Virus record (IMG/VR): IMGVR_UViG_3300037705_000170
Span: 1 to 44,810 of that record
DNA length: 44,810 nt
DNA from: a virus
Lineage: Duplodnaviria; Caudoviricetes
Direction: 5' to 3' (one strand)
The notes under the pieces are model-generated. The model saw only the letters and a program-made list of their open reading frames with translations. It was not told where the DNA came from and searched no databases. The number at the start of each line of letters is the position of its first letter. The first letter of the stretch is position 1. The position numbers and the translations under genes were made by a program. This document shows, one piece after another, positions 19,306 to 27,937 of the stretch.

Positions 19306-19659
19306 ATGGCAACCTTCACCGCGATCACCTTCTCCAACTCGACCAACGGGCGGCCGATCCTGGCCGACGCGGTGGCGAGCCCCGGGACGACCATCCACAC
19401 CGCCGCGACCGCCACGGGCACCTTGGAGGAAGTCTATCTCGACGCCTATAACACGGCCACGGCGGATCGCATCCTTGTGATCGAGTTCGGTTCGACAGCA
19501 ACGACAAGCCATCTCTATGCGACAGTGCCGACACAGGGCGGCCCGTATCGCGTCTGCGCCGGGCTGAGGCTCCAAGGCGCCACGGGACAAGTGATCCGCG
19601 CCTTCGCCACGGCCACCGGCTGCGTGGTGATCGCCGGCGGCGCGAACCAGCAGGTCTGA
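19306..19659 (+). CDS. Thr-rich virion protein
   Basis: RBS gaggag; beta-sandwich-like sequence (GTTIHTA, EEVYLDAYN). Confidence 0.7.
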   Translation: MATFTAITFSNSTNGRPILADAVASPGTTIHTAATATGTLEEVYLDAYNTATADRILVIEFGSTATTSHLYATVPTQGGPYRVCAGLRLQGATGQVIRAFATATGCVVIAGGANQQV

Positions 19660-19660
19660 A

Positions 19661-20245
19661 ATGGATAAGCAACACCTCGGGTCGCTGAACGACACATCCA
19701 CGACGGCCGGCGCTCTTGTTTTGCTTTCCACGCTGACGGCGAGCGCCAGCGCCCAGCTTGATTTTACGGCTTTCGATGGGGCCACTTATGGCGATTATGA
19801 GTTTCACATCTCCGGCCTTTACCCAGCGACGGATGCGGTCGAACTTAACGTGCGCTTCAGCCTGGATGGCGGCTCGACATACCGCAGCACGGCGGCGGAT
19901 TATATCTATACGCTTACGGCCGCTGTGCAGGGCAGCGCGGTCAGTCTTGGCAGCGTGGGCGACACAGAAATAACGATCACCAGCGTTGGCGCTACAAGCG
20001 GCCTGGAGAACACCGTGGGCAAGTCGCTAAACGGAAAGCTGGTCCTCGCAGCCCCAGCGGATGGGAATAACGTGATGCTGCATGGGAACCTGGCTTATAC
20101 GCGCACGGGGGACGACGGCGTTTTCACGGCCGCAGTCGGCGGGCGGTTTATCGGCACCACCGGGGCGGTGAACGGCATCCGATTCTTTATGAGTTCGGGG
20201 AACATTACCGGCGGGATCATCCGCGTCTATGGGGTCAAGAAGTGA
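19661..20245 (+). CDS. Tail fibre / receptor-binding head domain
   Basis: LVLLSTLTASASAQLDF...AVNGIRFFMSSGNITGGIIRVYGVK, a common phage fibre-tip pattern. Confidence 0.65.
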   Translation: MDKQHLGSLNDTSTTAGALVLLSTLTASASAQLDFTAFDGATYGDYEFHISGLYPATDAVELNVRFSLDGGSTYRSTAADYIYTLTAAVQGSAVSLGSVGDTEITITSVGATSGLENTVGKSLNGKLVLAAPADGNNVMLHGNLAYTRTGDDGVFTAAVGGRFIGTTGAVNGIRFFMSSGNITGGIIRVYGVKK

Positions 20246-20423
20246 TCTTGCTTCTTGCAAGGGCTTCCTTTTGCCGCGCGATGACAACGATAGCCGATCT
20301 CACGGCGGCGGAAAGCCCGCGAAATTTCCCGCACCGCATCTCGAAAGCGGGGGTGGTGTATGGCTCCAGCATTTCGATAACTTTATCCGGGTCAGTCTCA
20401 ATGGCTATGGATATCTGTTTCAT
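20235..20423 (-). CDS. Small hypothetical protein (antisense moron)
   Basis: 62-aa ORF preceded by a copy of a 20-bp repeat. Confidence 0.5.
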   Translation of the reverse strand: MKQISIAIETDPDKVIEMLEPYTTPAFEMRCGKFRGLSAAVRSAIVVIARQKEALARSKITS

Positions 20424-20430
20424 GTGTGCC

Positions 20431-20606
20431 TTCTAAAGTCAGCCCCGGCCACCGTTGGCCGATTAATTGACGATCACGCAATCCGGCGCGGTCGGAACGC
20501 ACATGGAATTTTTCGGTAGCAGCCACAGGCCCGCGAACACAGACACAGCGACGAAAAGCAATAGGAACCAGCGCATGGGTTCTTCTTTCTAAAGTCAGCC
20601 CCGGCC
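20431..20606. repeat. 20-bp direct repeat TTCTAAAGTCAGCCCCGGCC (20431-20450 and 20587-20606)
   Basis: Exact duplicate read from the sequence. Confidence 0.9.
20463..20576 (-). CDS. 37-aa hydrophobic peptide
   Basis: MRWFLLLFVAVSVFAGLWLLPKNSMCVPTAPDCVIVN*; preceded by the same 20-bp repeat. Confidence 0.45.
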   Translation of the reverse strand: MRWFLLLFVAVSVFAGLWLLPKNSMCVPTAPDCVIVN

Positions 20607-20722
20607 GCGCGAACGACCGGGGCCAGCCTAGGGCAAGACCCAGGCTACCACAACCCACCTCTAGTAGGAGAGGCGACCATGGCGGACAGAGTAAAGCGCG
20701 AAACAGTTAACAGAGTACTGCC

Positions 20723-20899
20723 ATGACAAACGATGTGGAAACCCGGCTATCGATCCACGAGGCGGTCTGCGCCGAACGTTACGCCACCATCATGGCGCGG
20801 CTCGGCGCCACGCAGAAGATCATCGTCACCGCGACGTTCCTGCTCGTGACGGGGATGGGCGGCGTGATCGTCACCTTGGCGATGAAGGGTATGGGGTGA
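20723..20899 (+). CDS. XhlA-like / holin-like membrane protein
   Basis: MTNDVETRLSIHEAVCAERY... with one C-terminal transmembrane segment; first gene of the lysis cassette. Confidence 0.65.
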   Translation: MTNDVETRLSIHEAVCAERYATIMARLGATQKIIVTATFLLVTGMGGVIVTLAMKGMG

Positions 20900-21102
20900 G
20901 AGCCGTGGCGCTCGGCCTGCTTCTGCTGGTGGCATCCTGCGCCACGCCGCCCGAGGACCGCTATCTGACCTTGGCGGAAGACCAGCAATTGCGCGAAACC
21001 TGCGAGCCCCACGGGGGGTGCGTCGCCGTGCCGCTGCCGCTCATGGATCGGATTATGAAAGCCCTGCGCGGGCAGCGGGACGCCCGGAGGCACTTTCAAT
21101 GA
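20896..21102 (+). CDS. Small lipoprotein
   Basis: Lipobox LLLLVASC. Confidence 0.6.
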   Translation: MRAVALGLLLLVASCATPPEDRYLTLAEDQQLRETCEPHGGCVAVPLPLMDRIMKALRGQRDARRHFQ

Positions 21103-21518
21103 CCCCGGCTGTGATCAAGACGCTGATGGAAGAAGAGGGCTTTCGCCCCTCGGCCTACCCCGATCACCTGGGCTTCACAACTATCGGCCACGGCATCTGC
21201 ATCGACGCCCGCAAGGGCTGCGGCATCACCGTCGAGGAATCCGAATACCTGCTCAAGAACCGCGTCGGCCTGGCCGTGCGGGGACTGGCTGCGGCGCTGC
21301 CGTGGTATTTCTCGCTCGACGACGCCAGACGGAAAGCCCTGGCCCTGATGGCCTATCAGCTGGGGGTTAAGGGCGTCCTCAACTTCAAGAAGATGCTCGA
21401 TGCCATGAAATATGGCGACTTCGGCCGCGCCGCCGACGAGGCGCTGGATTCCACCTGGGCGAAGCAAACCCCAAAACGTGCCTACCGCGTGTCCCAATTG
21501 ATTAGAAATGGAGAGTAA
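21099..21518 (+). CDS. Endolysin, GH24 (T4-type) lysozyme
   Basis: EEGFRPSAYPDHLGFTTIGHG catalytic E-D-T region; DSTWAKQTPKRA. Confidence 0.92.
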   Translation: MTPAVIKTLMEEEGFRPSAYPDHLGFTTIGHGICIDARKGCGITVEESEYLLKNRVGLAVRGLAAALPWYFSLDDARRKALALMAYQLGVKGVLNFKKMLDAMKYGDFGRAADEALDSTWAKQTPKRAYRVSQLIRNGE

Positions 21519-21519
21519 C

Positions 21520-21690
21520 ATGAATATGGATATGGTTCTCGGCGTCGTGCGTCACGTTCTGACCTTCGGCGGCGGATTGTTGGTGACCAAGGGCGTCATC
21601 GACGAAACCACGATGATCAGCGTGGTCGGCGCTGTGGTGACCATCGTCGGCGCGGTGTGGTCCGTGCTGGCGAAGAAAGAGCCGGCGTGA
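21520..21690 (+). CDS. Holin (two transmembrane segments)
   Basis: GVVRHVLTFGGGLLVTKG...GAVWSV; follows the endolysin. Confidence 0.8.
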   Translation: MNMDMVLGVVRHVLTFGGGLLVTKGVIDETTMISVVGAVVTIVGAVWSVLAKKEPA

Positions 21691-21893
21691 CGACCGCCGC
21701 CATCCTGATCGCGGCCTTCGCGCTATTGCTCGGGGCGGTGGTGTTCATCGCCCGCAAGTGGGGCCATGCCGCCGCCCTGTCGGCCAGTTATGAGGAAAGC
21801 CATGATAAAGCCGTCAAGGCCCGCCAGATTGACGATGAGGTCGCTCGCCTGTCTGATTCCGCTCTTGATGACGAGTTGCGCCACCCCAAGTGA
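21687..21893 (+). CDS. Inner-membrane spanin (Rz-like)
   Basis: N-terminal transmembrane segment, then a helical periplasmic part. Confidence 0.65.
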   Translation: MTTAAILIAAFALLLGAVVFIARKWGHAAALSASYEESHDKAVKARQIDDEVARLSDSALDDELRHPK

Positions 21894-22011
21894 TCTTTGC
21901 GGCTCGCTGGCGAAGTTCACACCCGATTTGGGGTTCGAGACGCGCTGGACGGCGGGCGAGAAGCGCCAGGCCGTGGCCCATAACCGCAAACTAGATGAGT
22001 TCTGCGGCTAG
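21835..22011 (+). CDS. Outer-membrane spanin lipoprotein (Rz1-like)
   Basis: Lipobox LLMTSC; overlaps the i-spanin in another frame. Confidence 0.7.
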   Translation: MRSLACLIPLLMTSCATPSDLCGSLAKFTPDLGFETRWTAGEKRQAVAHNRKLDEFCG

Positions 22012-22031
22012 GCGGGGTGCCACAATCTCCC

Positions 22032-22361
22032 TCACCACCGTCTCGACCTCCGGCACATGTCGCGCGGGTCTTTCCATTCCGGGATGGCGACGTCCCGCCG
22101 GTTGTATTCCGCCCTGATTTCATCCGCACGCCGGAGGGCGGCGTAGGTGCCGCGCTCAGTCTCTGGATATTCGAAAGCGTATGTATGTATGCAATCGAAC
22201 AGCGCCAGCTTAAGCTGTTCCTCGGTCGCGGCGGCAAGATCGAGCGTTGTCGTCTCCACGTCCATCTTCGACGTGTCGATGACCGCCGCTTGCCCGAGGG
22301 CGACCAAGGACGGCGATGGGGCGGGGGCGAATAGGGATCGCAGTGACGAAAACAGGTTCAT
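22032..22361 (-). CDS. Hypothetical protein
   Basis: 109-aa ORF converging on the lysis cassette. Confidence 0.5.
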   Translation of the reverse strand: MNLFSSLRSLFAPAPSPSLVALGQAAVIDTSKMDVETTTLDLAAATEEQLKLALFDCIHTYAFEYPETERGTYAALRRADEIRAEYNRRDVAIPEWKDPRDMCRRSRRW

Positions 22362-22535
22362 CGGTCATCCTCGGCGGTTCGGTCCATATCAACAACACCA
22401 GTCAGTCGGGTTCTGTCCATTGTGCCTCCATCTTCCATAACAAAAATTATCCGATCTCGTAAGTTGCGTAAGCGGGGCGCTAGATGTAGATTCCAACATA
22501 CCGTGAACACGCTAAACTGTGGATAGTTGGGACGC

Positions 22536-22832
22536 TTAATCCCACCTCTCGACTTTGCATCGCATCCAATGATTTTTGAGCGCCGAATACGATTTGCTAT
22601 CCAGCGCGACCGTTTCTACGATGTCGCCATTGAAATCCAGAACATCAACGAAGTGATTTGCAATCTCCCCATCCACGTCTACGCGACCTGCAAGCGAGGC
22701 GCGGCGTAAAGTTGTCGCCACGGCAGCCAAACCGCCATCAAACATAACCTTCTCGCACAGCAGGAGGTTTTCTTTGCGATCTATCCGAGCAAGACGGAGG
22801 CCAACAGCAGATTGGGGGATATTGATCGTCAT
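22536..22832 (-). CDS. Hypothetical protein
   Basis: 98-aa ORF with RBS-like agga; lower GC than surrounding genes. Confidence 0.55.
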   Translation of the reverse strand: MTINIPQSAVGLRLARIDRKENLLLCEKVMFDGGLAAVATTLRRASLAGRVDVDGEIANHFVDVLDFNGDIVETVALDSKSYSALKNHWMRCKVERWD

Positions 22833-22883
22833 CGCGCATAAGTCCTGCTAGATGTTGAATCGAACGGGGCGGGAACGTGCGCA

Positions 22884-23255
22884 CTAGAAATCTACCGACT
22901 GAATTTCCGACCCTCTGAGACGTTCGATATATTCGATGATTTCAGGAGCGGGGTCGAACCATTCCCCCCGGTATAGATGCCCGGCAAACTTGGCGTGGAG
23001 ATCGCGCTCGACAAAGCGGTTCCCCGGCATCATCCCGAGCAACAGCAGGGGCGTCGGGCATCCGGTCTGGATACAGGTGAGCCGCGCCCAGGGATCGCGG
23101 GCATAGCCGATCTTGATCTTCTTCGTCGCCAAGCACTGGATGAAATAGATGAACATGGGTCGCTCGAAGTAGGGCTTCTTCGGTGGCTTCTCCAGCATCA
23201 CCCATTTGCGCGCCAATGGCGCGCTGTTCTCTGTATATCCCTGTTGGCGGTGCAT
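22884..23255 (-). CDS. GIY-YIG nuclease family protein (T5orf172/MUG113 type)
   Basis: FIYFIQ...IKIGYARDPWARL..IQTGCP...ERDLH...RGEWF; start uncertain. Confidence 0.85.
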   Translation of the reverse strand: MHRQQGYTENSAPLARKWVMLEKPPKKPYFERPMFIYFIQCLATKKIKIGYARDPWARLTCIQTGCPTPLLLLGMMPGNRFVERDLHAKFAGHLYRGEWFDPAPEIIEYIERLRGSEIQSVDF

Positions 23256-23305
23256 ATTCCTGACCCCATTGGGTTGAATAAAAACAATTACTTACAAAGT
23301 CCGCC

Positions 23306-23355
23306 CTACCTTGACATGGTAGGGGTCACAGGTTCAATCCCTGTCGCGCCCACCA
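23306..23355 (+). other. attP core: 3' portion of tRNA-Val(GAC)
   Basis: CTACC-TTGACAT-GGTAG anticodon arm, ACAGG-TTCAATC-CCTGT T-arm, acceptor 3' strand ending CCA; no 5' half; 3 bp from the integrase stop. Confidence 0.9.
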
Positions 23356-23358
23356 CTT

Positions 23359-24474
23359 TCACCTAGGTTTTACAGGCTTTTTCTTCACCGGTCTATTTTT
23401 ATCCACATTGGTTTTGGCGCGCGTTTGGCGCGCTTTTCTGTGGATAAGCCTGTGCAACGATACCAACGCCCTTACCGCATCCTTGCAATAGCCGGGCTCG
23501 AACGGGGCATAGACGAGATCGGTCCGCGACGATCCCGCCGGGCGGTGGCCGAGCATGACGCTGACCTGATCGCCTGGGACTTTGTTGGCCCGTAGCCAGC
23601 GCGCCACCGTGTGGCGGATCGAGTAGGGCGTCACCCGCGCGTCCAACCCCGCCTTGTCCCGCAAAGCCCGCCATGCGGTTTTCGTGCTGCCGATCTTTTC
23701 ACCGCGAAATTGGATCGCGTGGCCCCGCGCCTTGCGGAGTTCCTTTCTGAGAAACCCGACCATTGGGATCACCGGCCGGTGTTTCTTCGTTTGCTTCCGC
23801 CCCTGCGGGTTGAGGTCGATGAGCCCGTGGGTAAAGTCGCATTGCTTGTCGGGCTGCAAATCCTTGGCCGCGTCCGGCCGGCATAGAGTGCCCACCAGAA
23901 TAAGCACCAGGCGGCGCATGTGGCCTTCCGAGGCATGATAGAGCGCCCGGAGTTCGGCTACGCTCAGGGGCCTTCCCTTGGGCTCCACGGGGGCGTTCTC
24001 CGGGTGGCTTGCCGGGATGGTCGGGACGTGGGGCGCGATGACGAGGCCGTGGTGCCTGTGGGCATGGTTCAGCGCGGCCCTGAGAACCATCCGTTCCCGG
24101 TTGATGGTCTGCCAGCCGATCCCCTTGGCGCGTCTCTGCGCTTCGTATTTGGCATGGGAGACGCCGTTGATCGCGTCGAGCCGGGAGGCCCCGTAAAACT
24201 TGTTCAAATGAGATATGGCAATGTCCGCCTGCTCCGCGCTCGGCAGTTTTGAGGCGTGTTCGTCATAGTACCAGGTCAACACTTGCGCGATCCCCAGATC
24301 CTCGGGTTGGGCATTGGCCGGGCGATCCCGTTCTAGGCAGAACGCCGTGAGGAATTGCTGTGCTTCCTCGCGGCTTTCTGTGCCCGTTGGTACACGGTAA
24401 CTACGCCGTCCCTCGGTCCAACAGACGTACCAGCGGGGAGAATCGGGGCGCTTGGCGATGCGATAGCTTGGCAT
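23359..24474 (-). CDS. int: Tyrosine integrase
   Basis: Catalytic R (GTLCRP), YSIRHT (H/Y-x-x-R), LGH and Y (DLVYA); adjacent to attP. Confidence 0.93.
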   Translation of the reverse strand: MPSYRIAKRPDSPRWYVCWTEGRRSYRVPTGTESREEAQQFLTAFCLERDRPANAQPEDLGIAQVLTWYYDEHASKLPSAEQADIAISHLNKFYGASRLDAINGVSHAKYEAQRRAKGIGWQTINRERMVLRAALNHAHRHHGLVIAPHVPTIPASHPENAPVEPKGRPLSVAELRALYHASEGHMRRLVLILVGTLCRPDAAKDLQPDKQCDFTHGLIDLNPQGRKQTKKHRPVIPMVGFLRKELRKARGHAIQFRGEKIGSTKTAWRALRDKAGLDARVTPYSIRHTVARWLRANKVPGDQVSVMLGHRPAGSSRTDLVYAPFEPGYCKDAVRALVSLHRLIHRKARQTRAKTNVDKNRPVKKKPVKPR

Positions 24475-24644
24475 GGTTTTTGGTTTGCCGCCTTGTAGGC
24501 TTCGATCATTGACTCGGGGTAGAAAATCCTGCCGCGAACATTAGCATAGCCCAATCGGCCCTCAAGCCGCTCCCGCCTCACGGTTCCAATGGAGACGCGC
24601 AAGGCCACGGAAGCCTCTTTCTCGGTCAGCCACGGGTCACTCAT
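24333..24644 (-). CDS. xis: Excisionase / HTH_17 DNA-binding protein
   Basis: WLTEKEASVALRVSIGTVRRERLEGRLGY winged HTH upstream of and overlapping int. Confidence 0.75.
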   Translation of the reverse strand: MSDPWLTEKEASVALRVSIGTVRRERLEGRLGYANVRGRIFYPESMIEAYKAANQKPCQAIASPSAPILPAGTSVGPRDGVVTVYQRAQKAARKHSNSSRRSA

Positions 24645-24694
24645 CCTGCGCCAGCCGCAGCTCGTCCTCGGTGGTGTCGGTCATGTTTACTCCC

Positions 24695-24961
24695 TCACAG
24701 CCACTTTGTTTTGTGCGGGAACCCATTTGTCACCGGGGGCTTGCCCGCCGCGATATTCTTGCGGCACAGCTTGCAGTCGCCCTCTGTCCCTGGCGAGCCG
24801 CGCCATATCGAAAGCCGTGTCCCACCGCTTCTATTCCAGCCATAGCCGCACATGGGCCATAGGTTGCCGTCCGTCATTTCGGCATAGGTGTGGCTGAGTG
24901 CGCGTTCCTCATTGCGGTCCTGCCCCGAGCGGTAATAGGCCACGGTGCTCAAGTCGGTCAT
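24695..24961 (-). CDS. Small Cys-containing hypothetical protein
   Basis: MTDLSTVAYY...; ATGA-coupled to the upstream gene. Confidence 0.6.
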   Translation of the reverse strand: MTDLSTVAYYRSGQDRNEERALSHTYAEMTDGNLWPMCGYGWNRSGGTRLSIWRGSPGTEGDCKLCRKNIAAGKPPVTNGFPHKTKWL

Positions 24962-25272
24962 CGTCCTTCCCCCTTGGCCTTGGCCTGTCGCCACGGTGAC
25001 CAGTCATCAGAGCCACCATGGACGCGCTCAACGACGGCGATGGCTTGCATAAGAACGGCGGCGTTATGCACCAAATCGCGCTTATCGTAGAAGCACATAT
25101 CGTCGCGGTGCGGCCCCTTCATGCAGACGGTGTAAACATCCTGCGCGACAGGTCTGGCCTTGCCGTTGTTTTCCCCACAGCAGAAGAACGTTGTCCCGTC
25201 GTCGCTTTCGATGCGGGACAGCGCAATGCAGTCGGTGCGCCCGCGTGGACAGGAATAGGGATATTTGATCAT
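24958..25272 (-). CDS. Small Cys-rich hypothetical protein flanked by 24-bp direct repeats
   Basis: MIKYPYSCPRG...KAKGEGR*. Confidence 0.6.
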   Translation of the reverse strand: MIKYPYSCPRGRTDCIALSRIESDDGTTFFCCGENNGKARPVAQDVYTVCMKGPHRDDMCFYDKRDLVHNAAVLMQAIAVVERVHGGSDDWSPWRQAKAKGEGR

Positions 25273-25502
25273 CGTCCTTCCCCCTTGGCCTTCCTGATCT
25301 TGGCCGCGATGCTGCGGGAGGCTTCTTTGCGACCTAGCAGGCGAGTCGTGGTGACTGTGTTCAGGGGAGATTCCCATGCCTCGGCAATCATCGCCGCTTC
25401 CTCCAACGCATCGGCGCGGGTCGCGGCATACCCGCAGTCGCACGGTGCAGCCGGCCCCGCAGGCAGGTTGTGCACGGCGCAATCGAATTTGTGGCCCGTC
25501 AT
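25269..25502 (-). CDS. Hypothetical protein
   Basis: MTGHKFDCAVHN...CDCG...ALEEAAMIAE...KAKGEGR*. Confidence 0.6.
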   Translation of the reverse strand: MTGHKFDCAVHNLPAGPAAPCDCGYAATRADALEEAAMIAEAWESPLNTVTTTRLLGRKEASRSIAAKIRKAKGEGR

Positions 25503-26303
25503 TCGGTCTCCTTCTCGGGTTGCGCTTGGCCCGCCAGAGTGGCGGCGGGATAGCACTTGACGCCGAGCTGCCCGCCACATTCACTCATCGGTAGCCCGCA
25601 GGCGCACTTGGCATCCCGCTCCACCAGTTCCTTGCGCGCCGTGGGAAGGGCGGCGAGATAGGCGGTGATGGCGTGTTTGAGCGCGCTGTCCCGATCCATT
25701 TGCTTGACATCAGTTGCGTCCAGCCAGACCGCCCACGCCTTCTCAAACGCCTGTTCGTTTAGCGTCATGACGGCTTCTCCTGCAAGGCGGCCAGCGCTGC
25801 GTTGGCTTTGGCGTGTGCCGCCCACAAAGCTCCGCGCTGTTTCGGCGTCATCCGAAGCGGGTGCATTGTCGGCTGGTCCATTAACTCCTCAAGCGCCGCC
25901 GCCATCACCGCGATCTTCGCCTCGGCCTCCGCGAGTCGGGCGCGCAGGGCGGTGAGTTCGTCCGTGTCGCTCATGTCCGCATCAGTGCTCATGACTCACC
26001 TCCCGTCATGCCCCGCGCCCGCAGCGCCGCCATTGTCTTCTCTAGCGCGTGGACTTGCTGCGGCGCACGGAACTCAACCCGCTTGATCGTGCCATCCGGG
26101 TAGTATTCGATGGCTTTGACCAGCGAGCATGTCCCGATGTGGTAGCCCGCGCACCACTGGCACCGCTGCGATACGATATTGCCCGCCGTGCTGGTTTGGT
26201 CATCCATCACTCGGCTCCTTGCATAGTCCTGTGGCGTGAAGTCGCCGCTCTCGACATGCTTCCTGGCCCGCGCCAGTTCGTCGTCGGTTGGCTGTGTGGT
26301 CAT
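25499..26303 (-). other. Three ATGA-coupled small hypothetical ORFs (25499-25768, 25765-25992, 25989-26303)
   Basis: Overlapping stop/start codons typical of the early left operon. Confidence 0.55.
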
Positions 26304-26746
26304 GCCCGCATCTCCGTCTCCAGCCCGGCCTCTTGGCGAAAGCGGGCGTAGAGGTCGCGCCACCGCTCCGCTGCTGTCGGTTTCGTGTCGAGTTCAGCGC
26401 GGGACTCCACGCCACAGAACTCCCGCACATATGCCGCCGCGCCTTCCCGTGAGGGGTCTTGCCCGGCTACACATCCGATAAACCTCGGATCGTTACACGC
26501 GATCCCCGCCTGCTGCGACGGGCTCAGGTCGTCCCACTTGCGGTGGGGTTTATCGGGCGTCTCGGCCCTCTGTTCCTCGCCTTCGACAACTTCCGCGTAG
26601 CCGAGCATGAACACCGTGCCGAGCGCCGCCGCCGCCAATGCCGGGCTCACGTCGTTCGGATGCACGACGAAGGAAATCACCACGCCGTCCTGGGTTTGGC
26701 GATAGGCATGTTTCTTCGCCTCGAAGTGGCCCTTGATGGCACTCAT
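26300..26746 (-). CDS. Hypothetical phage protein
   Basis: 148 aa; QQAGIACND...FCGVESRAEL; coupled to ssb. Confidence 0.7.
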   Translation of the reverse strand: MSAIKGHFEAKKHAYRQTQDGVVISFVVHPNDVSPALAAAALGTVFMLGYAEVVEGEEQRAETPDKPHRKWDDLSPSQQAGIACNDPRFIGCVAGQDPSREGAAAYVREFCGVESRAELDTKPTAAERWRDLYARFRQEAGLETEMRA

Positions 26747-27162
26747 CAGAAGGGGTTGTCCTCGTCAGCATCGTCTTTCGGGTGCGCGCCAGACTTCGCC
26801 GGCTCATCACTCTTCCCGTCTAGCATCACGATCTCCCCGCGATATTTCCCCAGCACGACCTCGGTCGTGTATTTCTCCACCCCGTCCTTGTCGGTCCATT
26901 TGCGGGTCTGCAACTGACCTTCGAGGTATATCTTGGAGCCCTTGTGCAGATACTTCTCGGCCACGTCCACGAGGCGCTCGTTGAAAATCTGGACGCGGTG
27001 CCACTCTGTGCGCTCCTTGCGCTCGCCGCTCTTGTCCTTCCACGATTCCGACGTGGCGACGGAGAGCGACACGATTTTCATGCCGTCCTGAGTGGAGCGC
27101 ACTTCGGGATCGCGCCCGAGATTGCCGACCAAAATTACCTTGTTGACGCTTGCCATGTTCAA
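26746..27162 (-). CDS. ssb: Single-stranded DNA-binding protein
   Basis: SVNKVILVGNLGRDPE...TEWHRV...EGQLQTRKW, acidic tail ending PF. Confidence 0.97.
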   Translation of the reverse strand: MNMASVNKVILVGNLGRDPEVRSTQDGMKIVSLSVATSESWKDKSGERKERTEWHRVQIFNERLVDVAEKYLHKGSKIYLEGQLQTRKWTDKDGVEKYTTEVVLGKYRGEIVMLDGKSDEPAKSGAHPKDDADEDNPF

Positions 27163-27172
27163 TCCTCGTTGG

Positions 27173-27937
27173 TTAGCCGGCGGCGAGATAGGAGTGTTCC
27201 GGCGCGCTGAGTTCGACGGTGCGCTCGGAAATGCGGCTCTGCGCGCCCTTCACCTCGCTGTTGGGACGCCCGAAATACCAGTCTGGTAGGTCGCGCTGGC
27301 ATTGATCCAGCACCGCCTTGTTGTCCATCACCAGACCGTTGAGACTGTCGATATCGGCGCAACCCTCCAGGTCATGGGCGAAGGCCCGCATCGCCGTCTT
27401 GAGCGCGGTGATGCCCAAAGGCCCGTGCATCTCGCCATTCTTCGGCCGGTCGTAGTTATCGGCCGGCGTGGGCGCCTCTTGCCCGGCGAACTCGCGGCGC
27501 AATTCGGTCACGTATTTGTCGTCGTCGTGCTGGCCCATGTGAATGTCGGCCGACATGCCGAGGTGTTTCATCGCGTTGCCGAGCGCGTCGGTGTAGGCTT
27601 TCTTGAACGCCTCATCATCGGCAAATAGGCCATGCTTGTTCGTCTTGGCTACGAAGTCGCCGCCGACGCCGTAAACGAGGTCGTTAGGCGTGCCGTGCCA
27701 CAAGCCGACCGTGCAGTAAACCGCGATCTCAACCCCGACCGGGACGACCTGAAACTCCGGCTTCGTCATGCCCCACCCGTTGCCGCAGGGGCCGAAATAC
27801 TCTGTCATCTTCTGGTCGCAGTAGATCGGTTTGACGGCGGTGCCCTTGAACCCGCCGCCGCGCTGGAATTTCTTGGTGTGCGCGGGATCGGTTCTCTTGA
27901 GGGCGTCCCAAATCTTCATCTTCCATTCGTCGCTCAC
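27173..27937 (-). CDS. Rad52/Sak-like single-strand annealing protein
   Basis: TEYFGPCGNGWG and DEAFKKAYTDAL...LGMSADI; adjacent to ssb. Confidence 0.7.
   Translation of the reverse strand: MSDEWKMKIWDALKRTDPAHTKKFQRGGGFKGTAVKPIYCDQKMTEYFGPCGNGWGMTKPEFQVVPVGVEIAVYCTVGLWHGTPNDLVYGVGGDFVAKTNKHGLFADDEAFKKAYTDALGNAMKHLGMSADIHMGQHDDDKYVTELRREFAGQEAPTPADNYDRPKNGEMHGPLGITALKTAMRAFAHDLEGCADIDSLNGLVMDNKAVLDQCQRDLPDWYFGRPNSEVKGAQSRISERTVELSAPEHSYLAAG

Noticed and set aside
20431-20606. Mini CRISPR array
   Set aside because: Only two 20-bp copies separated by 136 bp containing an ORF; no cas genes.
23306-23355. Functional phage tRNA-Val gene
   Set aside because: The 5' acceptor strand and D-arm are absent; it is an attP core.
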